Source: Lysobacterales bacterium (GTDB lineage: Bacteria; Pseudomonadota; Gammaproteobacteria; Xanthomonadales; SZUA-5). From it: DNA of 64,000 nt. The notes beneath the pieces are model-generated. The model did not search any database. It saw only the letters and a list, made by a program, of their open reading frames with translations, and was not told where the DNA came from. Position numbers and translations under genes: made by a program. The DNA is taken from assembly GCA_022844165.1 (NCBI GenBank), contig JALHMH010000001.1:253420-317419 (forward strand), read 5' to 3'. Below are positions 30,223-47,486 of this stretch, one piece after another. How positions within the stretch are numbered: the stretch's first letter is position 1; each line of letters starts with the position of its first letter.

Positions 30223-30308
30223 GCCGTCAAAGACCGCGGGTGCAACGGATGGTCCGCGCATCGGAAGGTGCTACGACCTCTACGCGCATAAATCCCGCGC
30301 AGATGGTG
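30223..30308 (+). promoter_or_regulatory. L10 ribosomal protein leader
   Basis: CCGTCAAAGACCGCGGG...CCCGCGCAGATGG upstream of rplJ, matching the L10-leader pattern. Confidence 0.7.
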
Positions 30309-30446
30309 CAGCCCGCTCCGAGATGTTTGGAAACGGCGGTACCGAGTGAAGGAGCACGATGCTCCGGCGTTTGCGTTCGATGCGAATCGAAGGCGAACGT
30401 TCCACGTAACACGCCGCTGCTTGCAGCGGCTCGCAAGAGGAATGCA

Positions 30447-30974
30447 ATGGCACTCAATCTCGCACAAAAGAAAGAGGTCGTTGCGGAACTCGCTCAAGTT
30501 GCTGGCAGCGCTCTGTCGCTGGTAGCAGCCAGGTACGACGGGTTAACCGTCGCCCAGCTCACTGCCCTGCGCTCCAAGGCGCGTAAGGACGGCGTCTACC
30601 TTCGAGTTGCCAAGAACACCTTGGTGGCTCGCGCCGTGAAGGGCACAGACTATGAGTGCGTTGTTGACGCACTCACGGGTCCGTTGCTGTTCGCGTTCTC
30701 AAAGGACGATCCGGGCGCTGCTGGTCGATTGGTCAAGGATTTCGCAAAAGGTAACGAGAAACTCGTTCCCAAGCTCGTGGCCGTGGGCGGCAAGCTCTAC
30801 GGTGGAGCCGAGGTGGACAAGCTCGCTAGTTTGCCTACGCGCGATCAAGCCCTGTCGATGCTTCTTGGATGTTTGGTCCAGCCGGTCACGAAACTCGTGC
30901 GCACGTTGGCCGAGCCGGCCTCAAGCCTGGCGCGCGTTATTCGTGCCGCTGGCGAAGCCAAAGAAGCTGCTTGA
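30447..30974 (+). CDS. rplJ: 50S ribosomal protein L10
   Basis: MALNL.QKKEVV, GLTV, VAKNTL, LASLPT. Confidence 0.97.
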   Translation: MALNLAQKKEVVAELAQVAGSALSLVAARYDGLTVAQLTALRSKARKDGVYLRVAKNTLVARAVKGTDYECVVDALTGPLLFAFSKDDPGAAGRLVKDFAKGNEKLVPKLVAVGGKLYGGAEVDKLASLPTRDQALSMLLGCLVQPVTKLVRTLAEPASSLARVIRAAGEAKEAA

Positions 30975-31027
30975 AGCGATCTTTCCGCAACATTTTTCAA
31001 GTTTCCTAAACAATTTGGAGTTTCACC

Positions 31028-31402
31028 ATGTCACTGAGCAATGAGCAAATCCTCGACGCCATCGCAAGCAAGAGCCTGATGGATATCATGGATCTCGTTA
31101 AAGCGATGGAAGAGAAGTTCGGAGTTTCTGCAGCGGCGCCAGTTGCCGCAGCCGCTGCGCCGGCCGCCGCCGCTGCCCCGGTTGAAGAGCAGACCGAGTT
31201 CACGGTCATCCTTGCGGCCGCCGGCGAGAAGAAGGTTGAGGTCATTAAGGCCGTCCGTGCGATCACCAACCTTGGTCTGAAAGAAGCCAAGGATCTGGTC
31301 GAAGGCGCGCCGGCGACCGTCAAAGACGGCGTCAGCAAGGACGACGCGAACAAGTTCAAGAAGATGTTGGAAGAGGCTGGCGCCAAGGTCGATCTCAAGT
31401 AA
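31028..31402 (+). CDS. rplL: 50S ribosomal protein L7/L12
   Basis: [10 protein letters not shown] hinge, [11 protein letters not shown]. Confidence 0.98.
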   Translation: MSLSNEQILDAIASKSLMDIMDLVKAMEEKFGVSAAAPVAAAAAPAAAAAPVEEQTEFTVILAAAGEKKVEVIKAVRAITNLGLKEAKDLVEGAPATVKDGVSKDDANKFKKMLEEAGAKVDLK

Positions 31403-31677
31403 TCGAGCGAAGGCACCAGTTGGGCCGTGTTTTACTTCGGAGCGATGCGCTGCATTTTCCTCTGACGCAAATCGCTGCTTAGCGCCAAGGTCGGGAATCG
31501 AAAGGTTCCCGGCCTTCTGGCGTCTCGCGTTTTGGCTTGCCAGAACGCCACTTGCCAAGGCTTCGAAGCGAAGTTTTGGCAAGTGAAATCTAATGGCACG
31601 AGCTGCCAAGCTCGCGCAGACAGGCCGGTTCTAGTTCACGTCGCGCGACAGCGACTCTTAAAAGGCGAGAGACCTCC

Positions 31678-34600
31678 ATGACCTACTCGTTCACCGAAAA
31701 GAAACGCATCCGTAAGGACTTTGGCAAAACGCCGGGTGTTCTTGCGATTCCGTCTCTGTTGGCGATCCAAGTCAACTCCTACCGCGATTTCCTGCAATTG
31801 GAGGCCTCGCCGAAACAATTCAAAGATGTTGGCCTGCACGCAGCGTTGAAATCCGTGTTTCCGATTTCCAGTTACTCCGGAAGCGCCTCGCTCGAGTACG
31901 TGACTTATCGACTCGGTGAACCGCCGTTCGACGTGCGCGAGTGCAAATCGCGTGGATTGTCCTATGGCGCGCCGCTGCGCGTGACCGTGCGCCTGGTCGT
32001 TTATGATCGCGAGAGCTCGAACAAGGCCGTCAAGTACGTCAAGGAGCAAGAGGTGTACATGGGCGAACTACCGCTCATGACCGACACCGGCACCTTCATC
32101 GTCAACGGTACCGAGCGGGTTATCGTTTCGCAGTTGCACCGCAGCCCCGGCGTGTTCTTCGATCACGATCGCGGCAAAACGCACAGCTCGGGAAAGCTCC
32201 TGTACTCTGCACGCGTGATTCCGTACCGCGGCTCCTGGTTGGATTTCGAGTTCGACCCTAAGGACAGCCTGTACACCCGTATTGACCGTCGCCGCAAGTT
32301 GCCAGTAACGATCCTGCTGCGCGCGCTCGGCTACAACAACACGCAGATCCTGAATATGTTCTTCGAGATCAACCGCTTCGAGTTAGGCTCGACGGGTGCT
32401 TCGATGGAATTGGTGCCGGATCGGCTGCGCGGTGAGACGGCGAGCTTCGATATCGTGATCGGCAAAGAACTGATCGTCGAGTCCGGGAAGCGCATTACCT
32501 CCCGCCATGTTCGGCAAATGGAAAAGACCAAAGCCAAGGCTCTGGCCGTGCCGGATGAATACTTGATTGGTCGCATTTTGAGCGAGGATGTGGTTGACAG
32601 CAAAACCGGCGAGGTGTTGGCGCTCGCCAATGACGAGTTGACGGATGATCATTTGGCCGCTTTCCGTCAAGCCAAGATTGCCAGCATTGGAACGATTTTC
32701 GTTAACGATCTGGATCGCGGACCGTACATCTCGAATACGCTACGCATCGACCCAAGCCGAACACCGCTTGAAGCGCTCGTCGAGATTTACCGCATGATGC
32801 GGCCGGGCGAACCGCCGACTAAGGAGGCTGCCCAAAACCTGTTCCAGAACCTGTTCTTCCAGCAAGACCGCTACGATCTGTCGGCGGTCGGTCGAATGAA
32901 GTTCAATCGCCGCGTCGGCCGCAAGGAAACCACAGGTTCGGGCGTGCTGTCGCACGACGATATTTTGTCGGTGATGCGTGTGTTGATCGATATCCGCAAC
33001 GGCAAAGGCATCGTTGACGACATCGACCATCTCGGAAATCGCCGCGTGCGTAGCGTCGGCGAAATGGCCGAGAACGTGTTCCGCATCGGCCTCGTACGTG
33101 TCGAGCGCGCGGTCAAAGAGCGCTTGTCCCTGGCTGAGTCGGAAGGCCTGACGCCGCAGGAACTGATCAACGCCAAGCCAGTCGCTGCCGCAATCAAAGA
33201 GTTCTTCGGTTCCTCGCAGCTCTCGCAATTTATGGACCAGAACAACCCATTGTCGGAAGTGACGCACAAGCGTCGCGTCTCGGCGCTGGGCCCGGGCGGT
33301 TTGACGCGTGAACGGGCAGGATTCGAGGTTCGCGACGTGCATCCGACGCACTATGGTCGCGTCTGCCCTATCGAAACACCGGAAGGTCCGAACATCGGCC
33401 TGATCAACTCGCTCGCGGTATATGCGCGCACGAACGACTACGGTTTTATCGAAACGCCGTTCCGGCGTGTGATTGACGGCAAAGTGACGCCGCAGGTCGA
33501 TTACCTTTCGGCAATCGAGGAAGCCGAGTTTGTCGTTGCGCAGGCCAATGCCGTACTGGATGAGAAAGGCACGTTGATCGAAGATCTGGTGACTTGCCGC
33601 GAACGCGGCGACATCCTGCTCAAATCACCGTCCGAAGTGAATTACATGGACGTCTCGCCGATGCAGACCGTGTCGGTCGCGGCGGCACTGGTACCATTCC
33701 TGGAACACAATGACGCTAACCGCGCGTTGATGGGCGCAAACATGCAGCGACAGGCCGTTCCCACATTGCGCGCCGATGTGCCGGTCGTGGGCACTGGCAT
33801 CGAACGCAAGGTGGCCAGCGATTCTGGCGTGACCGTCAATGCGCGTCGCGGCGGTATCGTTGAGCAGATCGACGCAGGTCGCGTCGTAGTCAAGGTGCAT
33901 GAAGACGAAGTCGGCGAAAACGACGCCGGCGTCGATATCTACAGCCTGATCAAGTACACGCGCAGCAACCAGAACACCTGCATCAATCAGCGTCCGTTGG
34001 TGAATGTCGGCGACCGCGTTGCGCCGGGAGACGTGCTGGCAGATGGCCCGTCGACCGACATCGGTGAGCTGGCGCTTGGTCAGAACATGCTGGTCGCGTT
34101 CATGCCCTGGAATGGCTACAACTTCGAGGACTCGATCCTCGTGTCTGAGCGCGTCGTCAAGGAAGATCGCTACACCACGATCCACATTGAAGAGCTGACT
34201 TGCGTAGCGCGCGACACCAAGCTCGGGCCCGAGGAAATCACCGCGGATATTCCGAACGTCGGCGAACAAGCGCTGTCGCGGCTGGATGAAAGCGGCATCG
34301 TATACATCGGCGCCGAGGTCAATGCGGGCGACATCATGGTCGGCAAGGTCACGCCGAAAGGCGAGACCCAGCTGACACCAGAAGAAAAATTGCTGCGCGC
34401 GATTTTCGGCGAAAAAGCGTCGGACGTGAAAGACAGCAGCCTGCGCGTTCCGCCGGGTATGGATGGCACCGTGATCGACGTGCAAGTGTTTACGCGCGAC
34501 GGTCTGGAAAAGGACAAACGCGCGCAGCAAATCGAACAAACCGAGATCCGCCGGGTCCGGAAAGACTTTGACGATCAATTCCGCATTCTCGAAGCGGCCA

Positions 34601-35760
34601 TTTACAGCCGCCTCGCCGATGCGCTCGTCGACAAGGTTGTGAGTGGCGGCCCGCAAGGCATCAAGAAGGGCGAGACCATCACTCGCGAATACTTGGCCAG
34701 GCTTGAGCGCAAAGAGTGGTTTGCGATTCGCATGAAGGACGACGCGGCTGCCGAAGCAATCGAAAAAGCTCAAGAGCAAATTGAACGCCACAAGGCCGAA
34801 TTCGACAAACGTTTCGAGCACAAGAAGTCCAAGATCACTGCCGGAGACGATTTGGCGCCAGGCGTGCTGAAGATGGTCAAGGTGTATCTGGCCGTCAAAC
34901 GCCGTATCCAGCCGGGCGACAAAATGGCCGGCCGCCACGGCAATAAGGGTGTGATCTCGAACATCGTGCCGGTCGAAGATATGCCTTACATGGAGGACGG
35001 TACCAGCGTCGACATCGTGCTCAATCCGCTCGGCGTGCCATCGCGAATGAACATCGGGCAGGTGCTGGAAACGCACTTGGGCTGGGCCGCGAAGGGTTTG
35101 GGCAAGCGCATTGGCGAAATGCTCGAGGCCAAAGCGGCGATTGCCGATTTGCGAAAATTCCTGGATGAGATTTACAACAAGAACATGGCGCGCGAGCAAG
35201 TCAACCTGAAGGACTTCAGCGACGAAGAATTGCTGACGCTCGCGAAAAATCTGAAGAAGGGCGTGCCGATGGCAACGCCGGTATTCGATGGCGCGACCGA
35301 AGCCGAAATCAAGCGCATGTTGAAGCTGGCAGGTCTGCCGGATTCCGGACAAACGATTCTGTACGACGGTCGCACTGGCGATGCTTTCGAACGCCCGGTC
35401 ACCGTGGGCTACATGTACATGCTCAAGCTCAATCACCTGGTCGACGACAAGATGCACGCACGTTCCACGGGCCCGTACTCGTTGGTCACACAGCAACCGC
35501 TGGGCGGCAAGGCGCAGTTCGGTGGCCAGCGTTTCGGCGAGATGGAAGTCTGGGCGCTCGAAGCGTACGGCGCAGCGTACACGTTGCAGGAGATGCTCAC
35601 CGTCAAATCCGACGACGTGCAGGGTCGCAACCAGATGTACAAGAACATCGTCGACGGCGACCATCAGATGGTCGCGGGCATGCCCGAGTCGTTCAACGTG
35701 CTGGTCAAGGAGATTCGGTCCTTGTCCATCAACATTGAACTCGAGAACGAAGCGCAGTAA
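31678..35760 (+). CDS. rpoB: RNA polymerase beta subunit
   Basis: [43 protein letters not shown]. Confidence 0.99.
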   Translation: MTYSFTEKKRIRKDFGKTPGVLAIPSLLAIQVNSYRDFLQLEASPKQFKDVGLHAALKSVFPISSYSGSASLEYVTYRLGEPPFDVRECKSRGLSYGAPLRVTVRLVVYDRESSNKAVKYVKEQEVYMGELPLMTDTGTFIVNGTERVIVSQLHRSPGVFFDHDRGKTHSSGKLLYSARVIPYRGSWLDFEFDPKDSLYTRIDRRRKLPVTILLRALGYNNTQILNMFFEINRFELGSTGASMELVPDRLRGETASFDIVIGKELIVESGKRITSRHVRQMEKTKAKALAVPDEYLIGRILSEDVVDSKTGEVLALANDELTDDHLAAFRQAKIASIGTIFVNDLDRGPYISNTLRIDPSRTPLEALVEIYRMMRPGEPPTKEAAQNLFQNLFFQQDRYDLSAVGRMKFNRRVGRKETTGSGVLSHDDILSVMRVLIDIRNGKGIVDDIDHLGNRRVRSVGEMAENVFRIGLVRVERAVKERLSLAESEGLTPQELINAKPVAAAIKEFFGSSQLSQFMDQNNPLSEVTHKRRVSALGPGGLTRERAGFEVRDVHPTHYGRVCPIETPEGPNIGLINSLAVYARTNDYGFIETPFRRVIDGKVTPQVDYLSAIEEAEFVVAQANAVLDEKGTLIEDLVTCRERGDILLKSPSEVNYMDVSPMQTVSVAAALVPFLEHNDANRALMGANMQRQAVPTLRADVPVVGTGIERKVASDSGVTVNARRGGIVEQIDAGRVVVKVHEDEVGENDAGVDIYSLIKYTRSNQNTCINQRPLVNVGDRVAPGDVLADGPSTDIGELALGQNMLVAFMPWNGYNFEDSILVSERVVKEDRYTTIHIEELTCVARDTKLGPEEITADIPNVGEQALSRLDESGIVYIGAEVNAGDIMVGKVTPKGETQLTPEEKLLRAIFGEKASDVKDSSLRVPPGMDGTVIDVQVFTRDGLEKDKRAQQIEQTEIRRVRKDFDDQFRILEAAIYSRLADALVDKVVSGGPQGIKKGETITREYLARLERKEWFAIRMKDDAAAEAIEKAQEQIERHKAEFDKRFEHKKSKITAGDDLAPGVLKMVKVYLAVKRRIQPGDKMAGRHGNKGVISNIVPVEDMPYMEDGTSVDIVLNPLGVPSRMNIGQVLETHLGWAAKGLGKRIGEMLEAKAAIADLRKFLDEIYNKNMAREQVNLKDFSDEELLTLAKNLKKGVPMATPVFDGATEAEIKRMLKLAGLPDSGQTILYDGRTGDAFERPVTVGYMYMLKLNHLVDDKMHARSTGPYSLVTQQPLGGKAQFGGQRFGEMEVWALEAYGAAYTLQEMLTVKSDDVQGRNQMYKNIVDGDHQMVAGMPESFNVLVKEIRSLSINIELENEAQ

Positions 35761-35784
35761 TCGCAGGTCTTTGGAGCCATACCG

Positions 35785-39990
<4,206 letters not shown>

Positions 39991-40040
39991 CCTGAGCCTC
40001 GAAGCTCACGCTTCGAGGCGGTTCTGTGTAACACTCGTTG

Positions 40041-40074
40041 AGAAGCGCCCGAGTCCTCCTCGGGCGTTTCTTTT
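40041..40074 (+). terminator. Rho-independent terminator after rpoC
   Basis: AGAAGCGCCCGAG-TCCTC-CTCGGGCGTTTCT followed by a T run. Confidence 0.75.
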
Positions 40075-40301
40075 CGTTTGGGCTGACTGTTACCGTATGA
40101 TGACCGGCAGGCTGCTAATCGAGTAAATCAGTCACCCTCACAGAACCGGACGTGCGGCGAAAGGAGTACTTTCTCCCATCGTCGATTGGTCGTAGGCGCA
40201 GCTCAGCGGGATGGGAAAGCCTGCCCCAGACCTGGAGCCGGCACGTTTCTTGCGATCATGTCCAAAGCAGGAACGCCGTCACATCTTTAGGGGACACCAG
40301 C

Positions 40302-40703
40302 ATGCACAGTTTGGCCGGACTCAACAGCACTGCCGAGGTGAGTGGTCAAATGGGGCATGTCATCCTCGATCGGCGTCAAGAGCCGCGATTTGCGCTCCCC
40401 GGACGATTTCGCGTGGTCGCCGAACAGGCGATCGCAGGGTTGGTCATTGATGTGTCGCTCAATGGTGCTCTACTTGAGCAACAGGAAGGGTCCTTTGGTG
40501 CAATCGGCAATCATGTCGAATTGTTGCTCGAGCTTGACGAAAAGCGACCATTTGCGGCACAAGCCCGCGTTGCTCATATTGATGGCGCGAGGATTGGCGT
40601 TGAGTTTCAGGAAATCGAGCCTGCGGCATTCCAGCAACTGGCCGTGATCGTAGAATTGCTCAAGCGTGCGCCAGCCTTGGCGAAACTATCTCGCGTCGGT
40701 TAG
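40302..40703 (+). CDS. Stand-alone PilZ domain protein
   Basis: RRQEPR (RxxxR) and DVSLNG (DxSxxG) c-di-GMP motifs; start uncertain. Confidence 0.85.
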   Translation: MHSLAGLNSTAEVSGQMGHVILDRRQEPRFALPGRFRVVAEQAIAGLVIDVSLNGALLEQQEGSFGAIGNHVELLLELDEKRPFAAQARVAHIDGARIGVEFQEIEPAAFQQLAVIVELLKRAPALAKLSRVG

Positions 40704-40734
40704 CTTGTGTGGCAGCGACTGACGGCTGCCCTTC

Positions 40735-41145
40735 ATGCAATTGATCGATGTCCGAATTCCTTTACGATGGCGAGATCTGGACGCCTACGATCACGTCAAC
40801 AACGGGCAGTTTCTGACGTTCATCGAAGAGGCTCGCATTCAATGGTTTGCGTCATTGGATGGATCCTGGCGCAGTGCCGTTGCTGAACCTGTTCTAGCCG
40901 CCGCTAACGTCAACTTTCGCCGGTCGATCGGCTACCCCGCTGTTTTGCGTGTCCTGTTGACATGCGCTCGTGTCGGGACCACGTCCCTGACAGTGGATCA
41001 CAGAATGATCGATGCTGAAGACGAAGATATTCTCTACTCGGATGGTCACAGCGTTATTGTCTGGGTTTCGCCCGTGACAGGGCGTCCAGTTCGCTTGCCG
41101 GACGTTGTGCGTCAAGCTGCGACTGGAGCCAATGTACCAACTTAA
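40735..41145 (+). CDS. Acyl-CoA thioesterase (4HBT/YbgC hot-dog fold)
   Basis: RWRDLDAYDHVNN..F....EEAR. Confidence 0.9.
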   Translation: MQLIDVRIPLRWRDLDAYDHVNNGQFLTFIEEARIQWFASLDGSWRSAVAEPVLAAANVNFRRSIGYPAVLRVLLTCARVGTTSLTVDHRMIDAEDEDILYSDGHSVIVWVSPVTGRPVRLPDVVRQAATGANVPT

Positions 41146-41172
41146 ACCTGTGCTTTCAGATACCATCCGCGC

Positions 41173-42297
41173 ATGACTGACGATTCGTTACCGGGTGGGG
41201 ATGACGTCACGGCGCCCGCGCCGCGGCCTTCGAAGCCCCGTTTGCCTTGGCTCTTTCTGTTTGTTCTGTTGCTCGGCGTGGCTGGCTTCGGCTATTGGTG
41301 GTGGACTCGTGAGGTTGTCAGCTCCGTTGCCACGCCGATGGCGGCCGTATCGTCGCCGGAGGTCGATTCGCTGCGTGCGCGTTTAGACGATGCCGCTCAA
41401 GTCAATCGCGCCTTACGCCAGCAGGTGCTGGGGCTTACACAGCGATTGGGCGTGATCGAAGACAGTCTTGGCAATGTGGAACGCGGTGATGCCCAGGGAA
41501 TCGACAAACAGCGTGTCGTAGAAGCGGATTTTTTGATGCATCTGGCGGAGCAGCGCCTGATGTTATTCGGAGACATCAGTGGTGCGTTATCCGCTCTGCG
41601 CCTGGCTGACGCTCAACTCAAAGAAAGTGCCGACGTCCGCGTTGCCACGGCTCGGCAGACACTGCAGCTCGAAATCGAAATGCTGGCAGCGATCGTCGCC
41701 ATCGACCTTCCACCACTTCTCGCACGTTTGCAAGTCTTGTCGGAACAAGCCGCAACCTGGCCTCTGGCCAGCGGGAAGCAGCTGCACTCCAAACAGGGAA
41801 ATGCGTGGTATCAGAACGCATTGGCTTCGCTGGATCGTTACTTTCGGGTGCGCCGTCTGGAGGCGGGCGATACCAGCGATCTTTGGGTGCGCGATCGAAT
41901 CGCACTGGATCTGAGCGCCGCCCGCTGGCTGTTGCTGCGAGGCGAGGGCGTTTCTGCCAAGGCACTTTTGGCGGGTGTACGAGCGACCATGGCCGAACGT
42001 CTGGATCAGCGCGACAGTTCGGTCAATCAAGCGTCTGCAGCGCTTGACGAAATCATCGGAGCCCCCTTTGCGCCGGAACTGCCGACGCTGGGTGAGGCGC
42101 GGCGTGAGTTGGCCAGGATGGGGCGCAGAGAATCGGTGGATGGGCCGACCGCGGCGCCTCAGGACGTCGCGCAGGATGTGACGGACACCTTGCCGAAGGC
42201 GGACCTTCCGGAGGCTGCCGAGGACGTCGCGCCGCCGACGCAGCTGCCAGCCGAGGAACAGGAACGCGGGCCGTCGGGCGCGGCTGAGGTCCACTGA
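41173..42297 (+). CDS. hemX: HemX family membrane protein
   Basis: N-terminal TM, coiled coil, EADFLMHLAEQRL, AL.AL.LAD..L; adjacent to hemY. Confidence 0.75.
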   Translation: MTDDSLPGGDDVTAPAPRPSKPRLPWLFLFVLLLGVAGFGYWWWTREVVSSVATPMAAVSSPEVDSLRARLDDAAQVNRALRQQVLGLTQRLGVIEDSLGNVERGDAQGIDKQRVVEADFLMHLAEQRLMLFGDISGALSALRLADAQLKESADVRVATARQTLQLEIEMLAAIVAIDLPPLLARLQVLSEQAATWPLASGKQLHSKQGNAWYQNALASLDRYFRVRRLEAGDTSDLWVRDRIALDLSAARWLLLRGEGVSAKALLAGVRATMAERLDQRDSSVNQASAALDEIIGAPFAPELPTLGEARRELARMGRRESVDGPTAAPQDVAQDVTDTLPKADLPEAAEDVAPPTQLPAEEQERGPSGAAEVH

Positions 42298-43490
42298 TGC
42301 GTTGGATATTGCGGTTGGCCTGGTTCTTGGCTTTGGCAACATTTGCCGCGTTGACGGGCTATTTCCTGCGCACCGATCCGGGCCTTGTTCTGGTTCGATT
42401 TCACGGCTACGAAATCGACACAAGCGTTGTATTTTTGATGATTGCGGCAATCATCCTGAGCGCACTGCTCTTTGCGCTCTACGTTCTTCTCGTGCGATTG
42501 CCGCGTTTTTGGCGACATGGGCGTCGGACGAAGGCCACAACGCGTCTCGATGAAGGTCTGGTCTTAAGTTATGCCGGCCAGTTGTACGCGGCTCAGCGTG
42601 CGCTGTTGGCGGCAAGTCCGGAGCCGGCACAACGATTGAGTGCGCTGCTGTCAGCGGCTGATGTGGCGCAGCAGCGCGGTGAGGTGGCGTTGGTCGACGA
42701 GATTTTGCGCAATGCGGGCAAGCTTGATCGCGGAACGGACATTGCGGCCGTTCTCGGCGACGTGTGGCGCGCCGAACGCGGCGATGAGTCGGCGTTCGCT
42801 GGCGTTGTTGCGCGGAGCGAAAAGGCCGATGCGCCGCCGGTGGTCCTGCGTGCTGTGATCGATGGCATGCTCAAGCGTCAGCGCGCCGCTGACGCTGTGC
42901 CAGCGCTCGAACGCCTGGGCAGTTTGCGCCAGATCGGTGATCGCGAATTCGCCGCTTTGGAGTTGCGCGTATTGGCGGCTGCGTTAGAGCAGGCGCCTGA
43001 TCTCGCTTCATTGGATTCGCTATGGAGGCGCTTCGGTAAGATCGAGCGCCGGGATCTTGTGGTGTTGCAAGCCTTGGCTTGCGCAGAATCCCGCGTGGGC
43101 AGTCGCAACCTTGCGGCGGAGGCCATCGAAGCGGCACTGGCGAGAGAATGGTCGGAGCCTCTGGCCGAGTTGTATGCCGCTGCGCCAGTCGAATCCGCTA
43201 CATCTCGCATCAAACGTGCCGAGGCGATGTTGCCCAAACATCCTGGCAGTCCAGGGTTGTTACTCGCGCTGGCCCGCTGGTGTCGATTGTCGGAGATCAC
43301 CGGCAAAGCCCAGGACTACCTGCGCTTGTCGCTGTCGGCAAATCCGCGCATCGAGGCGCTGATCGAGGCCGCGCATTTGTTCGAGGCGCGCGATGAAGCC
43401 GATCGGGCAAGGCTGGCGTGGCGGCTGGCAGCTGAGCGTGCCATGGGCAAGACGCCGACAGGCAACGACTTGACAGCGTTATTGCGTTAG
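42297..43490 (+). CDS. hemY: HemY N-terminal domain / TPR protein
   Basis: DPGLVLVRFHGYEIDTS, TPR-like C-terminus LLLALARWC; coupled to hemX. Confidence 0.78.
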   Translation: MRWILRLAWFLALATFAALTGYFLRTDPGLVLVRFHGYEIDTSVVFLMIAAIILSALLFALYVLLVRLPRFWRHGRRTKATTRLDEGLVLSYAGQLYAAQRALLAASPEPAQRLSALLSAADVAQQRGEVALVDEILRNAGKLDRGTDIAAVLGDVWRAERGDESAFAGVVARSEKADAPPVVLRAVIDGMLKRQRAADAVPALERLGSLRQIGDREFAALELRVLAAALEQAPDLASLDSLWRRFGKIERRDLVVLQALACAESRVGSRNLAAEAIEAALAREWSEPLAELYAAAPVESATSRIKRAEAMLPKHPGSPGLLLALARWCRLSEITGKAQDYLRLSLSANPRIEALIEAAHLFEARDEADRARLAWRLAAERAMGKTPTGNDLTALLR

Positions 43491-43502
43491 CAAGTCGGTC
43501 GC

Positions 43503-44540
43503 TTACTTCAGCTGCTTGACCATCCCGGACAAGCCGCCGGTCAGCGCAAAGGCGTCGAATCCCAGTTTGGTCAGGATGAATGCGGCGGCTGCGCTGCGCT
43601 CCCCGGTGTTGCAATAACAGATGTAGGAGCGTTCCCTATCCAGATGCGCAATGTACTCGCGTAAACGCGATAGCGGCATGTTCATAGAGCCTTTGATCGC
43701 GCGCTCCTCGAACTCCTCGGGAAGCCGCACGTCGATCACGCCGGCACCTTGGCGAACCAGGATCGAGGCTTTTGCGGCGCTCAGCCATTCGACGGCGGGC
43801 TGCTTTAGCAACTCGCTGAAGTCGCTTTTTTTCAAACGCATCAGCTTTCCATCTTTGATCATTGTCACGCTGGCGTTGCGCACGCTATTGCTCAATAGCG
43901 CGTCTTCGCCAAAGCTGTCGCCGCGGACCAGGTAAGCAACCACTGCCGGTTCGCCGTCGCCGGCCTGGATCACGCTGGCTGCCCCATCCTTGATGACATA
44001 AAAATAATCGCCGTCGTCGCCCTCGCGGACCACGGTCTGGTGGTTCTTGACCGTGATCTCTTCGAAGCGCGTAAACAGGCGCTCCAAATTCCCTGCCGGT
44101 ACGCGACGCAGCGCATTGTTTTGGAGCAGGCGAAAAACCCAGCGATTCTCCGGATCCTTGTCGAGATGTTTGAAGCCATCGCTGCGCGTCAGTTGGTCGA
44201 AGGTGATGAGCTTTTCGAGAAAGCGGCGATCGACTGTGACGATGGTTGCAGTCAGCGATTGTACGGTTGCGGTAAAGCGCCTGGGCATCAGGTCGCCAAG
44301 TGGATAGCGGCCTTGCAAGGACTCGCCAGAGATGTCCTTGCGTTTGCCGTCTGGGTATTCGCCAGCGATGATTCCACTCAACAAGTAATGCGTATGTTCA
44401 TCGCTGTCGCCAGCGCGAAACAGCACCTGCCCGACGCCGAATTCTGCGGAGTCTGCTTCTCGTGCAATGACTTCCAGATGCTCAGGCCGTAATGAGTCGA
44501 GTGGGTAAAGATGCTTCAAACGGCTGGCGTCGATCGACAT
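43503..44540 (-). CDS. Protein with two cNMP-binding domains and a rhodanese domain
   Basis: GDDGDYFYVIKDG, FGEDALL..RNASV, IDVR..EF, CNTGERS. Confidence 0.85.
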   Translation of the reverse strand: MSIDASRLKHLYPLDSLRPEHLEVIAREADSAEFGVGQVLFRAGDSDEHTHYLLSGIIAGEYPDGKRKDISGESLQGRYPLGDLMPRRFTATVQSLTATIVTVDRRFLEKLITFDQLTRSDGFKHLDKDPENRWVFRLLQNNALRRVPAGNLERLFTRFEEITVKNHQTVVREGDDGDYFYVIKDGAASVIQAGDGEPAVVAYLVRGDSFGEDALLSNSVRNASVTMIKDGKLMRLKKSDFSELLKQPAVEWLSAAKASILVRQGAGVIDVRLPEEFEERAIKGSMNMPLSRLREYIAHLDRERSYICYCNTGERSAAAAFILTKLGFDAFALTGGLSGMVKQLK

Positions 44541-44724
44541 GGGCGCTTCAACAGTGCAACGGTCTATGCAATATAGCCGTTGAAACCTCCCATCGCGCTA
44601 TTGAGCAGAACAGTCCGGTTTGCTCTTACACGCCCATTACACGTAAGCCAAATTCAAATGCAGTGCGCACCTCAAGGCGAAGCGCGCCTTCGCTCATCGG
44701 CAAACTTGCGCTCCGTCCAGGGCT

Positions 44725-46055
<1,331 letters not shown>

Positions 46056-46131
46056 TCACAGCAGCACCTATAAGTGGAACGGCGCAATCAAACGTCGATT
46101 CCAAAAGCCTCTGACTTTCCGATACCACCAC

Positions 46132-46362
46132 TCAGCCCGCTTCTTCCGGCGTCAGCGTTTTCAGCGCCAGCGCGTGGATCGCCCCGCCGAGCAAGTCCCC
46201 GAGTGTGTCATAGACGCGCCGATGGCGTGCAAGCGGGCGCATTCCGGCAAATTCGGAGGCAATGACGGTCGCTTCAAAATGCACTCCATCGGCACCGTCA
46301 ACAGTGACGCGTGCGCCAGGCATACCTTTTTCGATCAACGTTCTTACGGTGGCTGCATCCAC
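46132..46362 (-). CDS. BolA/IbaG family protein
   Basis: DGVHFEA, RHRRVY, IHAL; upstream of murA. Confidence 0.92.
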   Translation of the reverse strand: MDAATVRTLIEKGMPGARVTVDGADGVHFEATVIASEFAGMRPLARHRRVYDTLGDLLGGAIHALALKTLTPEEAG

Positions 46363-46481
46363 GTTCAGCGCTCCTGGGCTATCTTGATCTTTATATTGTG
46401 CGCGTCGCCTCTGATATTCCCTAGCGCCGCGAAAAGGGCGCGGATCGTACCGCTAGCCGAACCGAAAGTGAAATCCAACCG

Positions 46482-47486
46482 ATGAATGCTGTATTGCAAC
46501 CAGCAGAACTTGCCGACGCCAATGCGCTGTTGTCATCGGCAAGAAGGGTGATCGACATTGAAGCGCGAGCCATTGCGGCGCTGGGGATGCGCATCGACAC
46601 GGCGTTTGTCCACGCTTGCCGCCTGATGCTCCGCTGCGAGGGCCGAGTGGTGGTCAGCGGCATGGGTAAGAGCGGCCACATCGGCCACAAAATCGCAGCC
46701 ACACTTGCCAGCACTGGTACGCCGTCGTTTTTTGTGCACCCTGCCGAAGCCAGCCATGGGGATTTGGGCATGATCATGGCGCAGGATGTTGTTGTCGCGC
46801 TATCGAACTCCGGCGAAACCGATGAGCTGCTCACCATCGTGCCAGTGATCAAACGAAAGGGCGTGCCGTTAATTGCCATGAGCGGCAACGGCCGTTCATC
46901 GCTGGCCCGGCTGGCCGATGTGCACTTGGATGTGTCAGTCAGTATTGAAGCCTGTCCGCTAGGATTGGCGCCCACCGCCAGCACCTCCACTGCGTTGGTC
47001 ATGGGCGATGCGCTCGCAGTAGCCCTGCTGGAAGCACGCGGCTTCACCAGCGACGACTTCGCCGCCTCGCACCCTGCGGGTCAACTGGGGCGCCGCCTGT
47101 TGGTGCATATCCGTGATGTTATGCACACGGGCGTAGAGATTCCGCGAGTCGATGAGCAGGCGTCGGTCACCGATGCTCTGATGGAAATGACGCGCAAGAA
47201 CTTGGGAATTGCCGCCATTACCGATCGCGATGGTTGCCTGGTCGGCGTATTCACCGATGGCGATTTACGGCGTACGCTCGACGATGCCAGTGTCGATCTG
47301 CGCGCCACGCCGGTCACGTCATTGATGACTCGTCAGCCGCGGATGATCGATGCGGACAAGCTTGCCGTGGAGGCAGCGCAGATGATGGAGCAGCACAAGA
47401 TCAACGCGTTGCCGGTCGTGGACGCCCAACGGCGCCTGGTCGGGGCACTCAATTTCCACGATCTACTGCGCGCGCGGGTGATTTGA
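46482..47486 (+). CDS. kdsD: Arabinose 5-phosphate isomerase (KpsF/GutQ family)
   Basis: GMGKSGHI, HPAEASHGDLG, CBS pair. Confidence 0.95.
   Translation: MNAVLQPAELADANALLSSARRVIDIEARAIAALGMRIDTAFVHACRLMLRCEGRVVVSGMGKSGHIGHKIAATLASTGTPSFFVHPAEASHGDLGMIMAQDVVVALSNSGETDELLTIVPVIKRKGVPLIAMSGNGRSSLARLADVHLDVSVSIEACPLGLAPTASTSTALVMGDALAVALLEARGFTSDDFAASHPAGQLGRRLLVHIRDVMHTGVEIPRVDEQASVTDALMEMTRKNLGIAAITDRDGCLVGVFTDGDLRRTLDDASVDLRATPVTSLMTRQPRMIDADKLAVEAAQMMEQHKINALPVVDAQRRLVGALNFHDLLRARVI

Noticed and set aside
31549-31585. Novel RNA in the rplL-rpoB spacer
   Set aside because: The long hairpin is real, but structured attenuator and processing elements are expected in this spacer.
33200-33310. 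Rifampicin-resistance substitutions in RpoB
   Set aside because: The cluster I sequence [26 protein letters not shown] is typical of sensitive enzymes.
33625-35664. Long antisense ORFs (679 aa opposite rpoB; others opposite rpoC, tuf, coxA, fimX)
   Set aside because: Shadow frames caused by codon bias in high-GC genes; no recognisable motifs.
40090-40300. c-di-GMP riboswitch upstream of the PilZ gene
   Set aside because: Only a loose inverted repeat (CTTTCTCCCATC/GATGGGAAAG) is present; the GEMM consensus is not.
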